Below, piece by piece: positions 39,701-54,700 of a stretch of DNA of 64,000 nt. The DNA lies in NCBI GenBank assembly GCA_964187785.1, contig OZ076409.1, positions 15,316,001 to 15,380,000 on the forward strand, given 5' to 3'. The stretch is from Amphiscolops sp. MND2022 (Eukaryota). The notes below the pieces were generated by a model. That model was not told where the DNA came from. It did not search any database and was given only the letters and a program-made list of their open reading frames with translations. Both the position numbers and the translations under genes were made by a program. The stretch's first letter is position 1. The number at the start of each line of letters is the position of its first letter.

Positions 39701-42700
39701 TCAACATAGGGACTTTTGGACTCTTTCTAATAACGTTGTCCATTTTTTCACATCTTTTCAACAGTCAATGGCGTAGTGGTTGCGTGTTAGATTTCCATTC
39801 CAGTGTCTTGAGTTCGTTTCTCTCAATCAAAACTTTTTTAAAAACTTAGTCAGCTTGGACAGTTTTTCAAAAGCACTGGATTATTCTACTCTCTTAGTGG
39901 TACGCCTAAAACCACTGTTTCGCAAGATATCGTAGTCTAGAGGTTGCGTTGGTGGTTAGGTTTGGTATAGCGTTGTTCAGGTATCTTTGGGTTCGGTCCC
40001 CGTGGATGGAATATGTTCCCACTTGAATTGATTGTGTTTTTGCTTACACCCAACTTGGTTGTTTAATTCGACACATATCGAGTATAGGATTCTGAATTCG
40101 TCCAAAATTTGAACTGGAATGCTTGGTTTGGAAGCGACAAAATTTTCAACATAGGGATTTTTGAACTCTTTCCAATAACGTTGTCCATTTTTTCACATCT
40201 TTTCAACAGTCAATGGCGTAGTGGTTGCGTGTTAGATTTCCAATCCAAAGTCTTGAGTTCGTTTCCCTCAATCAAAACTTTTTCAAAACTTTGTCAGCTT
40301 GGACAGTCTTTCAAAAGCACTGGATTATTCAACTCCCTTAGTGGTACGCCTAAAACCACTGCTTCGCAAGATATCGTAGCCTAGAGGTTGCGTTGGTGGT
40401 TAGGTTTGGCATAGCGTTGTTCTGGTATCTTTGGGTTCGATCCCCGGGGATGGAATATGTTCCCACTTGAATTGATAGTGTTTTTGCTTACACCCAACTT
40501 GGTTGTTTACTTCGACACATACCGAATATAGCATTCTGAATTCGTCCATAATTTGAATTCGAATGCTTAGTTTGGAAGCGGCAAAATTTTCAACATAGGG
40601 ACTTTTGGACTCTTTCTAATAACGTTGTCCATTTTTTCACATCTTTTCAACAGTCAATGGCGTAGTGGTTGCGTGTTAGATTTCCATTCCAATGTCTTGA
40701 GTTCGTTTCTCTCAATCAAAACTTTTTTAAAAACTTAGTCAGCTTGGACAGTTTTTCAAAAGCACTGGATTATTCTACTCTCTTAGTGGTACGCCTAAAA
40801 CCACTGTTTCGCAAGATATCGTAGTCTAGAGGTTGCGTTGGTGGTTAGGTTTGGTATAGCGTTGTTCAGGTATCTTTGGGTTCGGTCCCCGGGGATGGAA
40901 TATGTTCCTACTTGAATTGATAGTGTTATTGCTTACACCAAACTTGGATGTTTAATTCGACACATACCGAGTATAGGATTCTGAATACGTCCAAAATTTG
41001 AATTGGAATGCTTAGTTTGGAAGCGACAAATTTTTCAACATAGGGATTTTTGAACTCTTTCCAATAACGTTGTCCATTTTTTCACATCTTTTCAACAGAC
41101 AATGGCGTAGTGGTTGCGTGTTAGATTTCCAATCCAAAGTCTTGAGTTCGTTTCCCTCAATCAAAACTTTTTCAAAACTTTGTCAGCTTGGACAGTCTTT
41201 CAAAAACACTGGATTATTCTACTCCCTTAGTGGTACGCCTAAAACCACTGCTTCGCAAGATATCGTAGCCTAGAGGTTGCGTTGGTGGTTAGGTTTGGTA
41301 TAGCGTTGTTCAGGTATCTTTGGACTCGGTCTCCGGGGATGGAATATGTTCCCACTTGAATTGATAGTGTTATTGCTTACACCCAACTTGGATGTTTAAT
41401 TCGACACATACCGAATATAGCATTCTGAATTCGTCCATAATTTGAATTGGAATGCTTAGTTTGGAAGCGACAAAATTTTCAACATAGGAGTTTTTGAACT
41501 CTTTCAAAGAACGTTGTCCATTTTTTCACATCTTTCCAACAGTCAATGGCGTAGAGGTTGCGTGTTAGATTTCCATTTCAATGTCTTGAGTAGGTTTCTC
41601 TCAATCAAAACATTTTTAAAAACTTAGTCAGCTTGGACAGTCTTTCAAAAGCACTGGATTATTCTACTCCCTTAGTGGTACACCTAAAACTACTGTTTCG
41701 CAAAATATTGTATCCGAGAGGTTGCGTTGGTGGTTAGGTTTGGTATAGCGTTGTTCAGGTATCTTTGGGTTCGGTCCCCGGGGATGGAATATGTTCCCAC
41801 TTAAATTGACAGTGTTATTGCTTACACCCAACATGGATATTAATTCGACACATACCGAATATAGCATTCTGAATTTGTCCATAATTTGAATTGGAATGCT
41901 TAGTTTGGAAGCGACAAAATTTTCAACATAGGGATTTTTGAACTCTTTCCAATAATGTTGTCCATTTTTTTCACATCTTTTCAACAGTCAATGGCGTAGT
42001 GGTTGCGTGTTAGATTTCCATTCCAAAGTTTTGAGTTCATTTCCCTCAATCGAAACTTTTTCAAAAACTTAGTCAGCTTGGACAGTCTTTCAAAAGCACT
42101 GGAGTACTCTTTTCCCTCAGTGGTGCGCCTAAAACTACTGTTTCGCAAGATATCGTGGCCTAGAGGTTGCGTTGGTGGTTAGGTTTTGTGGAGCGTTGTT
42201 CTGGTATCTTTGGGTTCGGTCCCCGGGGCTGGCATTTGTTCCTCACTTGAATAGATAGAGTTTTACTGCTTACACCCGACGTGGTGGTTGTTTAATTCGA
42301 CACATACCGAATATAGCTTTCTGAATTCGTCCAAAATTAGAATTGGATTGCTTACTTTGGAAGCGGCAAGTTTTTCAACATAGGGATTTTTGGACTCTGT
42401 CCAATAACGTTGTCCATTTTTTCACATCTTTTCAACAGGCAATGGCGTAGTGGTTCCGTGTTAGATTTCCATTCCAAGGTCTTGAGTTCGATTCCCTCAA
42501 TCAAAATTTTTAAAAAAACTTATTCAGCGTGGACAGTCTTTCGAAAGCACTGGAATATTCTTTTCCCTTAGTGGTGCGCATAAAACCACTGTTTCGCAAG
42601 ATATCGTGGCCTAGAGGTTGCGTGGGTGGTTAGGTTTGGTATAGCGTTGTTCTGGTATCTTCGTGTTCGGTCCCCGGGGAAGGAATATGTCCCGCACTCG

Positions 42701-43190
42701 AATTCATAGTGTTATTTCTTACACCCAACTTGGTTGTTTACTTCGACAAATACCGAATATAGCATTCTGTATTCGTCCATAATTTGAATTGGAATGCTTA
42801 GTTTGGAAGCGGCAAAATTTTCAACATACGGATTTTTGGACCCTTTCCAATAACGTTGTCCATTTTTGCACATATTTTCAACAGTCAATGGCGTAGTGGT
42901 TGCGTGTTAGATTTCCATTCCAATGTCTTGAGTTATATTCCCTCAATCATAGTATTTTAAAAAATTTTGTCAGCGTGCACAGTCTTTCAAAAGAACTGGA
43001 TTATTCTTTTCCCTTAGTGGTGCGCCTATAACCACTGTTTCGCAAGATATTGTGACCTAGAGGTTGCGTGGTGCTCAGGTTCGCTCGTGTGTTATTTTGG
43101 TACAATTGGGTTCGATTCCCGGGATGGACTTGGATACGCACTTGATTTGATAGTTTGGTTTTGCTTTCACCCAACTTGGTTGTTCAACAC
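27720..43190 (+). repeat. ~446-bp satellite, array A of element 2 (~34-35 monomers)
   Basis: Same monomer in continuous tandem. Confidence 0.93.
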
Positions 43191-44019
43191 GTCAAGACTC
43201 TAAGTGATTTTATAAACCAAAATCCACGTGCTTTTGGGAAAAAGTACGTCCACTATCACGGAGTTTTAATCAACAACCGATAGCGTAGAGGTTCCGTATC
43301 AGATTCTCATTCCAATGTCTAGAGTTCGATCCCCTATATCGATTTGTTTTTCAAACTTTGAACAGTGAACAGTCTTTCAAAAGCACTGGATTTTTCTTTT
43401 CCCTCAGTGGTGAGCAAAATGCCACTGTTTCGCAAGATATCGTGACCTAAAATTATTTACGTTGGTGGATAGGATCGTTGGAGTTCCTATGTGTTTGTTG
43501 TCTAGCTTTGTCTTTTTCGAAGCGCTCTGAATGAATAGTTAAGATCTTACAGTCCTTTGAAATCCATGACCTGGGTGTTTTCAGGGGAGATGTCCACCAT
43601 CGTCAACCGATACCGTAGAGGTTACGTACTAACCTCTCATTTCAATGTCTTGAGTTCGATTCTCTCTATCAACTTTGTTTTTCAAACTTCTTTTTCCCTC
43701 ATCCAATGGTAAGTCCACTATCTCATAGCTGCAACCAACAGTGGATGGTGAAGAGGTCGTGTACTAGGCTCTTATAACAACTGCTTGAGTTCGAAACCCT
43801 CAATCAACTTTTTTTTCGCAGAATGTCATCGTGACTCTGGAACATTGTCTGCAAAGTTAAACCACGTTTTTTGACAAAGTCGATGAAGTCCACGAAATCA
43901 AGTGCTTTCAGTCAACATTTAGTCAACATTCCATAGAAGGCAGAAACAATTTCAAAGTTCGTGGTAGTTCGAGATTTTTTCCAATGCAGTTATACGTTTG
44001 TTTCCATTAAATAGGGTCC

Positions 44020-45150
44020 TCAATCAAAACTTTTTAAAAAACGTTGTCAGCGCGGACAGTTTTTCAGAAGCACCGGATTGTTCTTTTCCCTGAGTGGTGC
44101 GCCTAAAACCATTGTTTCGCAAGATATCGTGGCCTAGAGGTTGCGTTGGTGATTAGGTTTGGTATAGCTTTGTTCTGGTATCTTGGGTTCGGTCCCCGGG
44201 GATGAAGTTTGTTCCGCACTTGATTTGATATTGTTATTGCTTACACCTAACGTGGTTGTTTAATTCGACACATACCGAAAATAGCTTTCTGAATTCGTCC
44301 AAAATTTGAATTGGAATGCTTACTTTGGAAGAGGCAAATTTTTCAACATAGGGATTTTTGGACTCTTTCCAATAACGTTGTAGATTTTTTCACATCTTTT
44401 CAACAGTCAATGGCGTAGTGATTGCGTGTTAGATTTCCATTCCAATGTCTTGAGTTCGATTCCCTCAATCAAAACGTTTTTAAAAACGTTGTCAGCGTGG
44501 ACAGTTTTTCAGAAGCACTGGAATATTCTTTTCCCTTAGTGGTGCGCCTAAAACAACTACTGTTTGGCAAGATATTGTGGCCTAGAGGTTGCGTTGGTGA
44601 TTAGGTTTGGTATAGCGTTGTTCTGGTATCTTGGGTTCGGTCCCCGGGGATGGACTTTGTTCTGCACTTGAATTGATAGACTTTTATTGCTTACACCCAA
44701 CGTGGTTGTTTAATTCGACACATACCGAATATACTTTTCTGAATTCGTCCAAATTTTGAATTGGAATGCTTACTTTGGAAGCGGCAAAAGTTTCAACATA
44801 GGGATTTTTGGACTCTTTCCAATAACGTTGTACATTTTTTCACGTCTTTTCAACAGTCAATGGTTGCGTGTTAGATTTTCATTCCAATGTCTTGAGTTCG
44901 ATTCCATCAATCAAAACTTTTCAAACAACTTTGTGAGCGTGGACAGTCTTTCGAAAGCACTGGAGTATTCTTTTCTGTTAGTTGTGCGCCTAAAACCACT
45001 GTTTCGCAAGATATTGTAGCCTACAGGTTGCGTGGTGGTCAGGTTCGTTCGGGTGTTATTTTGGTACATTTGGGTTCAATTCCCTGGATGGACTTGGATA
45101 CGCACTTGAGTTGATAGTTTGGTTTTGCTTTCACCCAACTTGGTTGTTCA
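44020..45150 (+). repeat. ~446-bp satellite, array B of element 2 (~2.5 monomers)
   Basis: Same monomer after the interruption. Confidence 0.88.
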
Positions 45151-48100
45151 ATTTGACAGACTCCGTATAAAAGGAAATTTGTATGATAATTGATCACCAG
45201 TAGTTCCTTTGGACTTTGGCCTTTCCCTTGCTGAATTGCTCAAACGTCAAGACTCTAAATGCTTTTATAAACCAAAATCCATGTGTTTTTGGGAAAAAGG
45301 ACGTCCACTATCACGGAGTTTGAATCAACAACCGATAGCGTAGAGGTTGCGTACCAGATTCGCATTCCAATGTCTAGAGTTCTTCTTTTGTTAAACCTTC
45401 CAAACCTTCTTCTGTTTAACATTTGACATTTGTCACAAATGGAGTTTCACTTGAACTCAGCTTCCAAATCTTTTGATTTTGAATTTTTGAAATCCACGCT
45501 GAAAAGGTATGTGTAGTTTGTATAAACTAGATAGTTCATATTGGACACACTTGAAGGACCTGAAGTCAAATCACTTCAGTAACTCTTATTTGCTATATCT
45601 GAAATGAAGATGTGATCATCGAAAGACATTTCTTCAGAATGGAGTCCAGACAACAGACTATAGCGCGGAGGTAACGTAGTTGGCTCTTAGCCAGATGGCA
45701 TTGTGTTCGAATTCCTCTACCACCTTTTTGTTCAACGATAAGATGGAGCACAAGATCACTCTTTAGTCCAGATAAAACAGGCAATTAGTATTCAAAACTG
45801 CGTGTATTCGAAGAAGAGACGTCCACTATCACGGATCGCCAATCCACGACCGATAGCGTAGAGGTTGCGTACTAGGCTCTCATTACAGTGTCTTGAGATC
45901 GATTCTCTCTATAACTTTATTTTTCAAAACTTTGTCAGCGTGAACAACCTTTGAAAAGTTCTCGGGTTGTTTCATTCTTTTAGTGGCCAGACTGCATCCA
46001 CTGTTTTGCATGATGTCAAGGCCTAGAAGCTGCCTTGGTGATCAGGTTCGTTTGGGTATTGTTCGCGTATCTCTGGGTTCGATTCTCAATTGAAGGTATA
46101 CGTAAACAATAGTAGAGTCACAAAAACCTATATCCGAACAAGTTATTGTAAAGTAGTGACTTCTTACATCTGGGTACCTAAAGTCTGTGCTTATGTAAAG
46201 TCGGAAACAATCGACCTACAGTTGATGCATGTTCTCCATGGCGCACGCGTTGTCCACTATCACGCAGCTTGAATAAAAAACCGTTAGCGTAAAGGTTGCG
46301 TATCAGACTTTGCTTCCAATGCCTTGAGTTTGATCCCCTCTATCGATCTTCTTCTTTTAAATATTGTCAGCGTCAACAGTCTTTCAAAAGTACTAATTTC
46401 AAAAGACTGCTCTTTTTTCTTAGTGGTTCGCTTACAACCACTGTGTTTCAAGATATCGTGGCCTAGAGGTTACGTTGGTGGATGATTTTGTTAGAGTGTT
46501 GTTCTGGTAGCTTTGTATTCGATCCCCGGGGTGGACATGCATCCACACTTGTGTTGGTACTTTGGTTTTTTGTTTTCACCCAGCATGGTTATTTAATTTG
46601 ACATTATTCATATAGGGCAAACGTCGTTGAATAATTGAATACCAAACATTCCTTTGGACTTTGCCTTTTCCTTTTCTGGATCGCTCAAACGTCAAGACTC
46701 TAAAAGCTTTTAGAAACTAAAATCCGGGTGTTTTTGCAAAAGAGGCGTCCACAATCACGGAGTTTCAATCAATAAACGATAGCGTAGAGGTTGCGTATCA
46801 GATTCTCATTCCAAAGCCTCGAGTTCGCTTCCCTCTATCAACTTTTTTTTCAATTTTTAGTTCACTTTTCCCTATGCTAAATTCACTATCACATAGCTGC
46901 AATCAACAAGGGGGGTGCAGAGGTTGTGTACCAGGCTCTCATAATAATCGCTTGAGTTCGAAACCTTTTGTTCAACTTTTGTTTGGCAATGAATGCGATC
47001 GTGATTCTGCAACAATGTCACCGAAGTTAAACCACGTTTTCTTACGAAGTTTTCCACAAAAAAGTTATGACAAAAGTAATTATCAAAAAAGCAGAGGATA
47101 GTCATTGAAAGGCAACACAAACTACAGCATGGAAGTTTTCGTGGACACCCTCGCCAATGGTTTTGTTTATTTTCTCCCATTTCTTCAGTTTGACCCACTT
47201 TGCAACAGTGTCACTGAAATTAAACCACTTTTTACGACAAAATGAAAACATGACAAAACTCAGTGAAGATTCGAGTGATGGCGGCAACAGTTCCACCATG
47301 GGGGTTTGTTTGGACACTCTTTCTGATGGTGGCGTCCGTTTTTTCCAATCTTTTCAATTTGACCCCCTATGCAAAACTGTCACCAAAGTTAAGCCACGTT
47401 TCTTGACAAAAACGCTACAACAGCGTAAAAATTTTGATGGAGCCTCTCTAACGTTGTTTTTTACTTTGTTCCATATATTCAACCTGGCTATTTTTGCAAC
47501 ACCGTTCCGATGCTAAAAACTGTTGTTTTGTGTTCTCTATCACATAGCTGCAAGCAATAGTGGGTGGTGCAGAGGTTGTGTACTAGGCTCTCATAACGAT
47601 CGCTTGAGTTCGAGACCCTTAAGTCAGCATTTGTTTTGCAAAGAACGCGGTCGTGATTCTGCAACGAAGGTAAACCACGTTTTTTGGAAAAGTCTAGAAA
47701 GCACAAAGTTATGACATTATAATTCAACAAAAACGCAGAGAACACTTATTGGAAGGCACAAAAAATACAGCATGGAAGGTTTCGTGAATACCCCTTTTCA
47801 ATAGCAATGTCTATTTTCTTCCATTTGTTTTTCAATTTTACCCATTTTGCAGCACGGTCACCTAAATTGAAGCTCACTTTTTGACAAAATGAACTAAGGC
47901 ATAACTCAGTGAAATTTCCAAGGAACGCATCAAAACTTTTACCATGGGGAATTTACCGTTTTTTCCAATGCTGTTCTCCAATTTTTAACATTTTCTCAAT
48001 TTGACTCACTTTGCAAAACTGTCACCAAAGTTAAACCACGTTTCTTGACAAAAACGCTACAACAGCGTGGGAGTTTTGGTGGACGGTCACTCCAACGTTG

Positions 48101-49479
48101 TTGTCCATATTTTCAACTTGAATACTTTGGAAACACTGCTCTGACGCTAAACCTGTTTTGTGTTCACTATCACATAGGTGCAATCAACAGTGGATGGCGC
48201 ATAGGTCGTGTATTAAATTCTCATAACATTCGCTTGAGTTCGAAACCCTCAGTCAACTTTTGTATTGCAAAGATTTATACAGGCAAGTAGTATTCAAAAC
48301 TTGTGTGTATTCGAAGAAGAGACGTCCACTATCACGGATCTCGAATCAACAACCGATGGCGTAGAGGTTGCGTGCTAGGCTCTCATTCCAGTGTCTTGAG
48401 ATCGATCCTCTCTCTCGATTTTTTTTCTTTCAAATATTGTCAGCGTGAACAGTCTTTCAAAAGCACTAGGCCACTCTTTTCTTTTAGTGGTTCGCTTACA
48501 ACCAATGTTTTGCAAGATCTCGTGGCCTAGAGGTTACGTTGGTGGTCAGGTTCGTTAGAGTGTTGTTCTGGTAGCTTTGGGTTCGATCCCCGGGTTGAAC
48601 TTGGATCAGCACTTGAGTTGAGAATTTGGTTTTCCTTTAACCCAACTTTTTTGTTAAATTTGACATAAATCATATAGGGCAAATGTTGTTGAACTATTGA
48701 ATACCAAAAATTCCTTTGGACTTCGGCTTTTCCTTTTCTGGATTACTCGAAGGTCAAGACTCTAAATGCTTTTAGAAAGCAATATCCGGATGTTTTCGGA
48801 AAAGAGTCGTCTACTATCATGGATAACAGTTTGGAACTTTCTCATTCACATTTTGATATCTCATATTTAACAAACATCTTTAATTAGCCGCCGTAGGCGG
48901 CAGCGGGTTTGCTAGTTAGGCTAAAAGCAAAGAGTCAATTTTTGGAGCGCGAGACTCCTATCTGCGGTACGGACTTACCATTACCAGCCAACAACTTGTT
49001 TTGAGGAGAAATTCTCATGAAAAGACGACGTTTCAAGTTATTGACATCTGATGAAACAAAAATATTCCAGAAAAATTGTGAGAAAGCAAAATTTTGACTC
49101 TATTACGAAAATGTATGCTGAAAAGCATAAATTAGTAAGCTTAAAAATGAAATTCCATGTATTATCAAAAGTCGACTCAGGAGTGTGAAAAACACGTTTT
49201 AGGGGTAATTTTGGGCCCTCTTTCCAATGCCGTTGTCCGTTTTTTGCTATCTGTTCATTTTGACCCCTTTTGCAAAACTGTCACCGAAGTTAAACCACAT
49301 TTTGTGAAAATAGTAAAAATGACATAACTCAATGAAAATTCAAGTGATGGCGGCGAAAATTTCAGCATGGGGGTTTTTTGGACGCTCTTTCCAATGCCGT
49401 TGTCCGTTTTTTGCTATCTGTTCATTTTGACCCCTTTTGCAAAACTGTCACCGAAGTTGAACCACATTTCTGACAAAAA

Positions 49480-49598
49480 AGGCTACAACACCTGGTGTTC
49501 CCAAGCGGTCTCCCATCCAAGTACTAACCAGGCCCTTTGTTGTTTAACTTCGGTGATCGGACGAGAACCGGTGCATTCAACATGGTATGGTCGTAGCC
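49480..49598 (-). rRNA. 5S rRNA gene, copy 8 (U62A variant)
   Basis: 119-nt 5S sequence; substitution at 49537. Confidence 0.95.
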
Positions 49599-50382
49599 GA
49601 TCATTGTAAAATCAATAGCTTTATATGCTTAACAACAAAATTACGTACAATGATACGAAAATTTTCTCGGTCAAAATACGCGTAACTTTTAAGTCAGTGC
49701 AGTCTAGCTTGTTCCTTGTTCAAAAATTGGGCAGCAGACCACTTTCGCAGTCTGCTTTCAAATAAAACTTATCAATAGGGTTGGAATACTTACCTATTTA
49801 ATAAGTTTATCACAACAATTAGGCTAAAAGCAAAGAGTCAATTTTTGGAGCGCGAGACTCCTATCTGCGGTACGGACTTACCATTACCAGCCAACAACTT
49901 GTTTTGAGGAGAAATTCTCATGAAAAGACGACGTTTCAAGTTATTGACATCTGATGAAACAAAAATATTCCAGAAAAATTGTGAGAAAGCAAAATTTTGA
50001 CTCTATTACGAAAATGTATGCTGAAAAGCATAAATTAGTAAGCTTAAAAATGAAATTCCATGTATTATCAAAAGTCGACTCAGGAGTGTGAAAAACACGT
50101 TTTAGGGGTAATTTTGGGCCCTCTTTCCAATGCCGTTGTCCGTTTTTTGCTATCTGTTCATTTTGACCCCTTTTGCAAAACTGTCACCGAAGTTAAACCA
50201 CATTTTGTGAAAATAGTAAAAATGACATAACTCAATGAAAATTCAAGTGATGGCGGCGAAAATTTCAGCATGGGGGTTTTTTGGACGCTCTTTCCAATGC
50301 CGTTGTCCGTTTTTTGTTATCTGTTCATTTTGACCCCTTTTGCAAAACTGTCACCGAAGTTAAACCACATTTCTGACAAAAA

Positions 50383-50501
50383 AGGCTACAACACCTGGTG
50401 TTCCCAAGCGGTCTCCCATCCAAGTACTAACCAGGCCCTATGTTGTTTAACTTCGGTGATCGGACGAGAACCGGTGCATTCAACATGGTATGGTCGTAGC
50501 C
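50383..50501 (-). rRNA. 5S rRNA gene, copy 9 (local consensus)
   Basis: 119-nt 5S sequence. Confidence 0.97.
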
Positions 50502-51286
50502 GATCATTGTAAAATCAAAAGCTTTATATGCTTAACAACAAAATTACGTACAATGATACGAAAATTTTCTCGGTCAAAATACGCGTAACTTTTAAGTTAG
50601 TGCAGACTAGCTTGTTCCTTGTTCAAAAATTGGGCAGCAGACCACTTTCGCAGTCTGCTTTCAAATAAAACTTATCAATAGGGTTGGAATACTTACCTAT
50701 TTATTAAGTTTATCACAACAATTAGGCTAAAAGCAAAGAGTCAATTTTTGGAGCGCGAGACTCCTATCTGCGGTACGGACTTACCATTACCAGCCAACAA
50801 CTTGTTTTGAGGAGAAATTCTCATGAAAAGACGACGTTTCAAGTTATTGACATCTGATGAAACAAAAATATTCCAGAAAAATTGTGAGAAAGCAAAATTT
50901 TGACTCTATTACGAAAATGTATGCTGAAAAGCATAAATTAGTAAGCTTAAAAATGAAATTCCATGTATTATCAAAAGTCGACTCAGGAGTGTGAAAAACA
51001 CGTTTTAGGGGTAATTTTGGGCCCACTTTCCAATGCCGTTGTCCGTTTTTTGCTATCTGTTCATTTTGACCCCTTTTGCAAAACTGTCACCGAAGTTAAA
51101 CCACATTTTGTGAAAATAGTAAAAATGACATAACTCAATGAAAATTCAAGTGATGGCGGCGAAAATTTCAGCATGGGGGTTTTTTTGGACGCTCTTTCCA
51201 ATGCCGTTGTCCGTTTATTGCTATCTGTTCATTTTGACCCCTTTTGCAAAACTGTCACCGAAGTTAAACCACATTTCTGACAAAAA

Positions 51287-51405
51287 AGGCTACAACACCT
51301 GGTGTTCCCAAGCGGTCTCCCATCCAAGTACTAACCAGGCCCTATGTTGTTTAACTTCGGTGATCGGACGAGAACCGGTGCATTCAACATGGTATGGTCT
51401 TAGCC
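51287..51405 (-). rRNA. 5S rRNA gene, copy 10 (C6A variant)
   Basis: 119-nt 5S sequence; substitution at 51400. Confidence 0.95.
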
Positions 51406-51789
51406 GATCATTGTAAAATCAATAGCTTTATATGCTTAACAACAAAATTACGTACAATGATACGAAAATTTTCTCGGTCAAAATACGCGTAACTTTTAAG
51501 TTAGTGCAGACTAGCTTGTTCCTTGTTCAAAAATTGGGCAGCAGACCACTTTCGCAGTCTGCTTTTAAATAAAACTTATCAATAGGGTTGGAATACTTAC
51601 CTATTTAATAAGTTTATCACAACAATCATATACATATATAAAGGGAGACCGGACAAATTCGCTGATTGGTTGAGATACGCTCGGTGATACGCGCTGCTGC
51701 ACTACAGTTCAAAAGAAGATTCCGAGATGAGCGGTGAGAAAATCTGTTTCTGACTTTCGAAATAGACGTTTCAGAATCTCCAGATCTAA

Positions 51790-54700
51790 TCAACTGTGGA
51801 TAGCGTAGAGGTTGCGTGTTAGACTTTCAACCCAATGTCTTGAGTTCGATTCCCGCCATCGATCTTTTTTTTCAAAAAAATTGTCAGCGTGAACAGTCTT
51901 TTAAAAGCAATGGCGTTCTTCTTTTTCCTCAATGGTGCGCTTGCAACTACTGTTCAGCAAGAGATCGTGGCCTAGAGGTTGCGTGGTTGTCAGGTTCGTC
52001 GGGTGTTATTCTGGTAGCTTTGGGTTCGATCCCCGGGAGGAACATTGTTCAGCTCTTAAATTGATAGTGTTATGGCTTAAACCCAACTTGATTGTTCATT
52101 TCGACACATTACCAAAATAGGATTATAAGTTCGTTCAATATTTGAATTGGAACGCTTACTTTGGAATCGGCAAATTTTTCAACATAAGGATTTTTGGACT
52201 CTTTCCAATAACGTTGTCGATTTTTTCACATCTTTTCAACAGTCAATGACGTAGTGGTTGCGTGTTAGATTTCCATTCCAATATCTTGAGTTCGATTCCC
52301 TCAATCATATTTTTTTTAAATTTTTGTCAGCGTGCACAGTCTTTCAAAAGCACTGGATTATTCTTTTCAATTAGTGGTGCGCCTAAACCACTGTTTCGCA
52401 AGATATCGTGGTCTAGATGTTGCGTTGGTGGTTAGGTTTGGTATAGCGTTGCTCTGGTATCTTTGGGTTCGGTCCCCGGGGATGGAATTTGTTCCGCACT
52501 TGAATTGATGGAGTTTTTTTGATTACACCTAACGTGGTTGTTTAATTCGACAAAAACCGAATATAGCTTTCTGAATTCGCCCAAAAATTAGAATTGGAAT
52601 GCTTAGTTTGGAAGCGGCAAATTTTTTCAACGTAGGGATTTTTGGACTCTTTCCAATAACGTGGTACATTTTTCACGTCTTTTCAACAGTCAATGGCGTA
52701 GTGGTTGCGTGTTTAATTTCCATTCCAATGTCTTGAGTTCGATTCCCTCAACCAGAACTTTTTCAAAAACGTTGTCAGCGTGGACAGTTTTTCAGAAGCA
52801 CTGCATTATTCTTTTCCCTTAGTGGTGCGCCTAAAACTACTGTTTTGCAAGATATCGTGGCCTAGAGGTTGCGTTGGTGGTTAGGTTTGGTATAGCGTTG
52901 TTCTGGTACCTTTGGGTTCGGTCCCCGTGATGGAATTTGTTCCGCACTTGAATTGATAGAGTTTTATTGCTTACACCCAACGTGGTTGTTTAATTTGACA
53001 CATACCGAATACAGCTTTCTGAATTCGTCCAAATTTAGAATTGGAATGCTTAGTTTGGAAGCGGCAAAATGTTTCAACATAAGGATTTTTGGACTCTTTC
53101 CAATAACGTTGTCCATTTTTTCACATCTTTTCATCAGTCAATGGCGTAGTGGTTGCGAGTTAGATTTCCATTCCAAAGTCTTGCGGTCGTTTCCCTCTAT
53201 CAAAACTTTTTCAAAAACTTAGTCAGCTTGGACAGTCTTTCAAAAGCACTGTATTATTCTTTTCCCTTAGTGGTACGCCTAAAACCACTGTTTCGCAAGA
53301 TATTGTATCCTAGAGGTTGCGTTGGTGGTTAGGTTTGGTATAGCGTTGTTCTGGTATCTTTGGGTTCGGTCCCCGAGGATGGAATATGTACCGCACTTGA
53401 ATTGATAGTGTTATTGCTTACACCCAACTTGGTTGTTGGCTTCGACACATACCGAACATAGCATTCTGAATTCGTCCAGAATTTGAACTGGAATGCTTAG
53501 TTTGGAAACGGCAAAATTTTCAACATAGGGATTTTTGGACTCTTTCCAATAACGTTGTCCATTTTTTCACATCTTTTCAACAGTCAATGGCGTAGTGATT
53601 GCGTGTTAGATTTCCATTCCAATGTCTTGAGTTCGTTTCTCTCAATCAAAACTTTTTTAAAAAACTTAGTCAGCTTGGACAATCTTTCAAAAGCACTGGA
53701 TTATACTACTCCCTTAATGGTACGCCTAAAACCACTGTTTCGCAAGATATCGTAGCCTAGAGGTTGCGTTGGTGGTTAGGTTTGGTATAGCGTTGTTCAG
53801 GTATCTTTGGGTTCGGTCCCCGGGGATGGAATATGTTCCCACTTGAACTGATAGTGTTATTGCTTACACCCAACTTGGATGTTTAATTCGACACATACCG
53901 AATATAGCATTCTGAATTGGAATGCTTAGTTTGGAAGCGACAAAATTTTCAACATAGGGATTTTTGAACTCTTTCCAATAACGTTGTCCATTTTTTCACA
54001 TCTTTTCAACAGTCAATGGCGTCGTGGTTGCGTGTTAGATTTCCATTCCAAAGTCTTGAGTTCGTTTCCCTCAATCAAAACTTTTTCAAAAACTTAGTCA
54101 GCTTGGACAGTCTTTCAAAAGCACTGGATTATTCTTTTCCCTCAGTGGTGCGCCTAAAACGACTGTTTCGCAAGATATCGTGGCCTAGAGGTTGCGTTGG
54201 TGGTTAGGTTTGGTGGAGCGTTGTTCTGGTATCATTGGGTTCGGTCCCCGGGGATGGCATTTGTTCCTCACTTGAATTGATAGAGTTTTACTGCTTACAC
54301 CCAACGTGGTTGTTTATTTCGACACATACCGAATATAGCTTTCTGAATTCGTCCAAATTTAGAATTGGAATGCTTATTTTGGAAGCGACAAAATTTTCAA
54401 CATAGGGATTTTTGAACTCTTTCCAATAACGTTGTCCATTTTTTCACATCTTTTCGACAGTCAATGGCGTAGTGGTTGCGTGTTAGGTTTCCATTCCAAT
54501 GTCTTGAGTTCGATTCCATCAATCAAAACTTTTTCAAAAACTTAGTCAGCTTGGACAGTCTTTCAAAAGCACTGGATTATTCTTTTTCCTCAGTGGTGCG
54601 CCTAAAACGACTGTTTCGCAAGATATCGTGGTCTAGAGGTTGCGTTGGTGGTTAAGTTTGGTGGAGCGTTGTTCTGGTATCTTTGGGTTCGGTCCCCGGG

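Larger units (their letters stand above)
27554..48915 (+). mobile_element. Non-autonomous Helitron-like element 2 (21.4 kb)
   Basis: Same TC start; GCCGCC-GTA-GGCGGC hairpin (48887-48901) and CTAG end; same A|T target nucleotide. Confidence 0.88.
48916..51625. repeat. Three basic 5S units between Helitron-like elements 2 and 3
   Basis: 5S at 49480, 50383 and 51287 (903-904 bp spacing). Confidence 0.93.
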
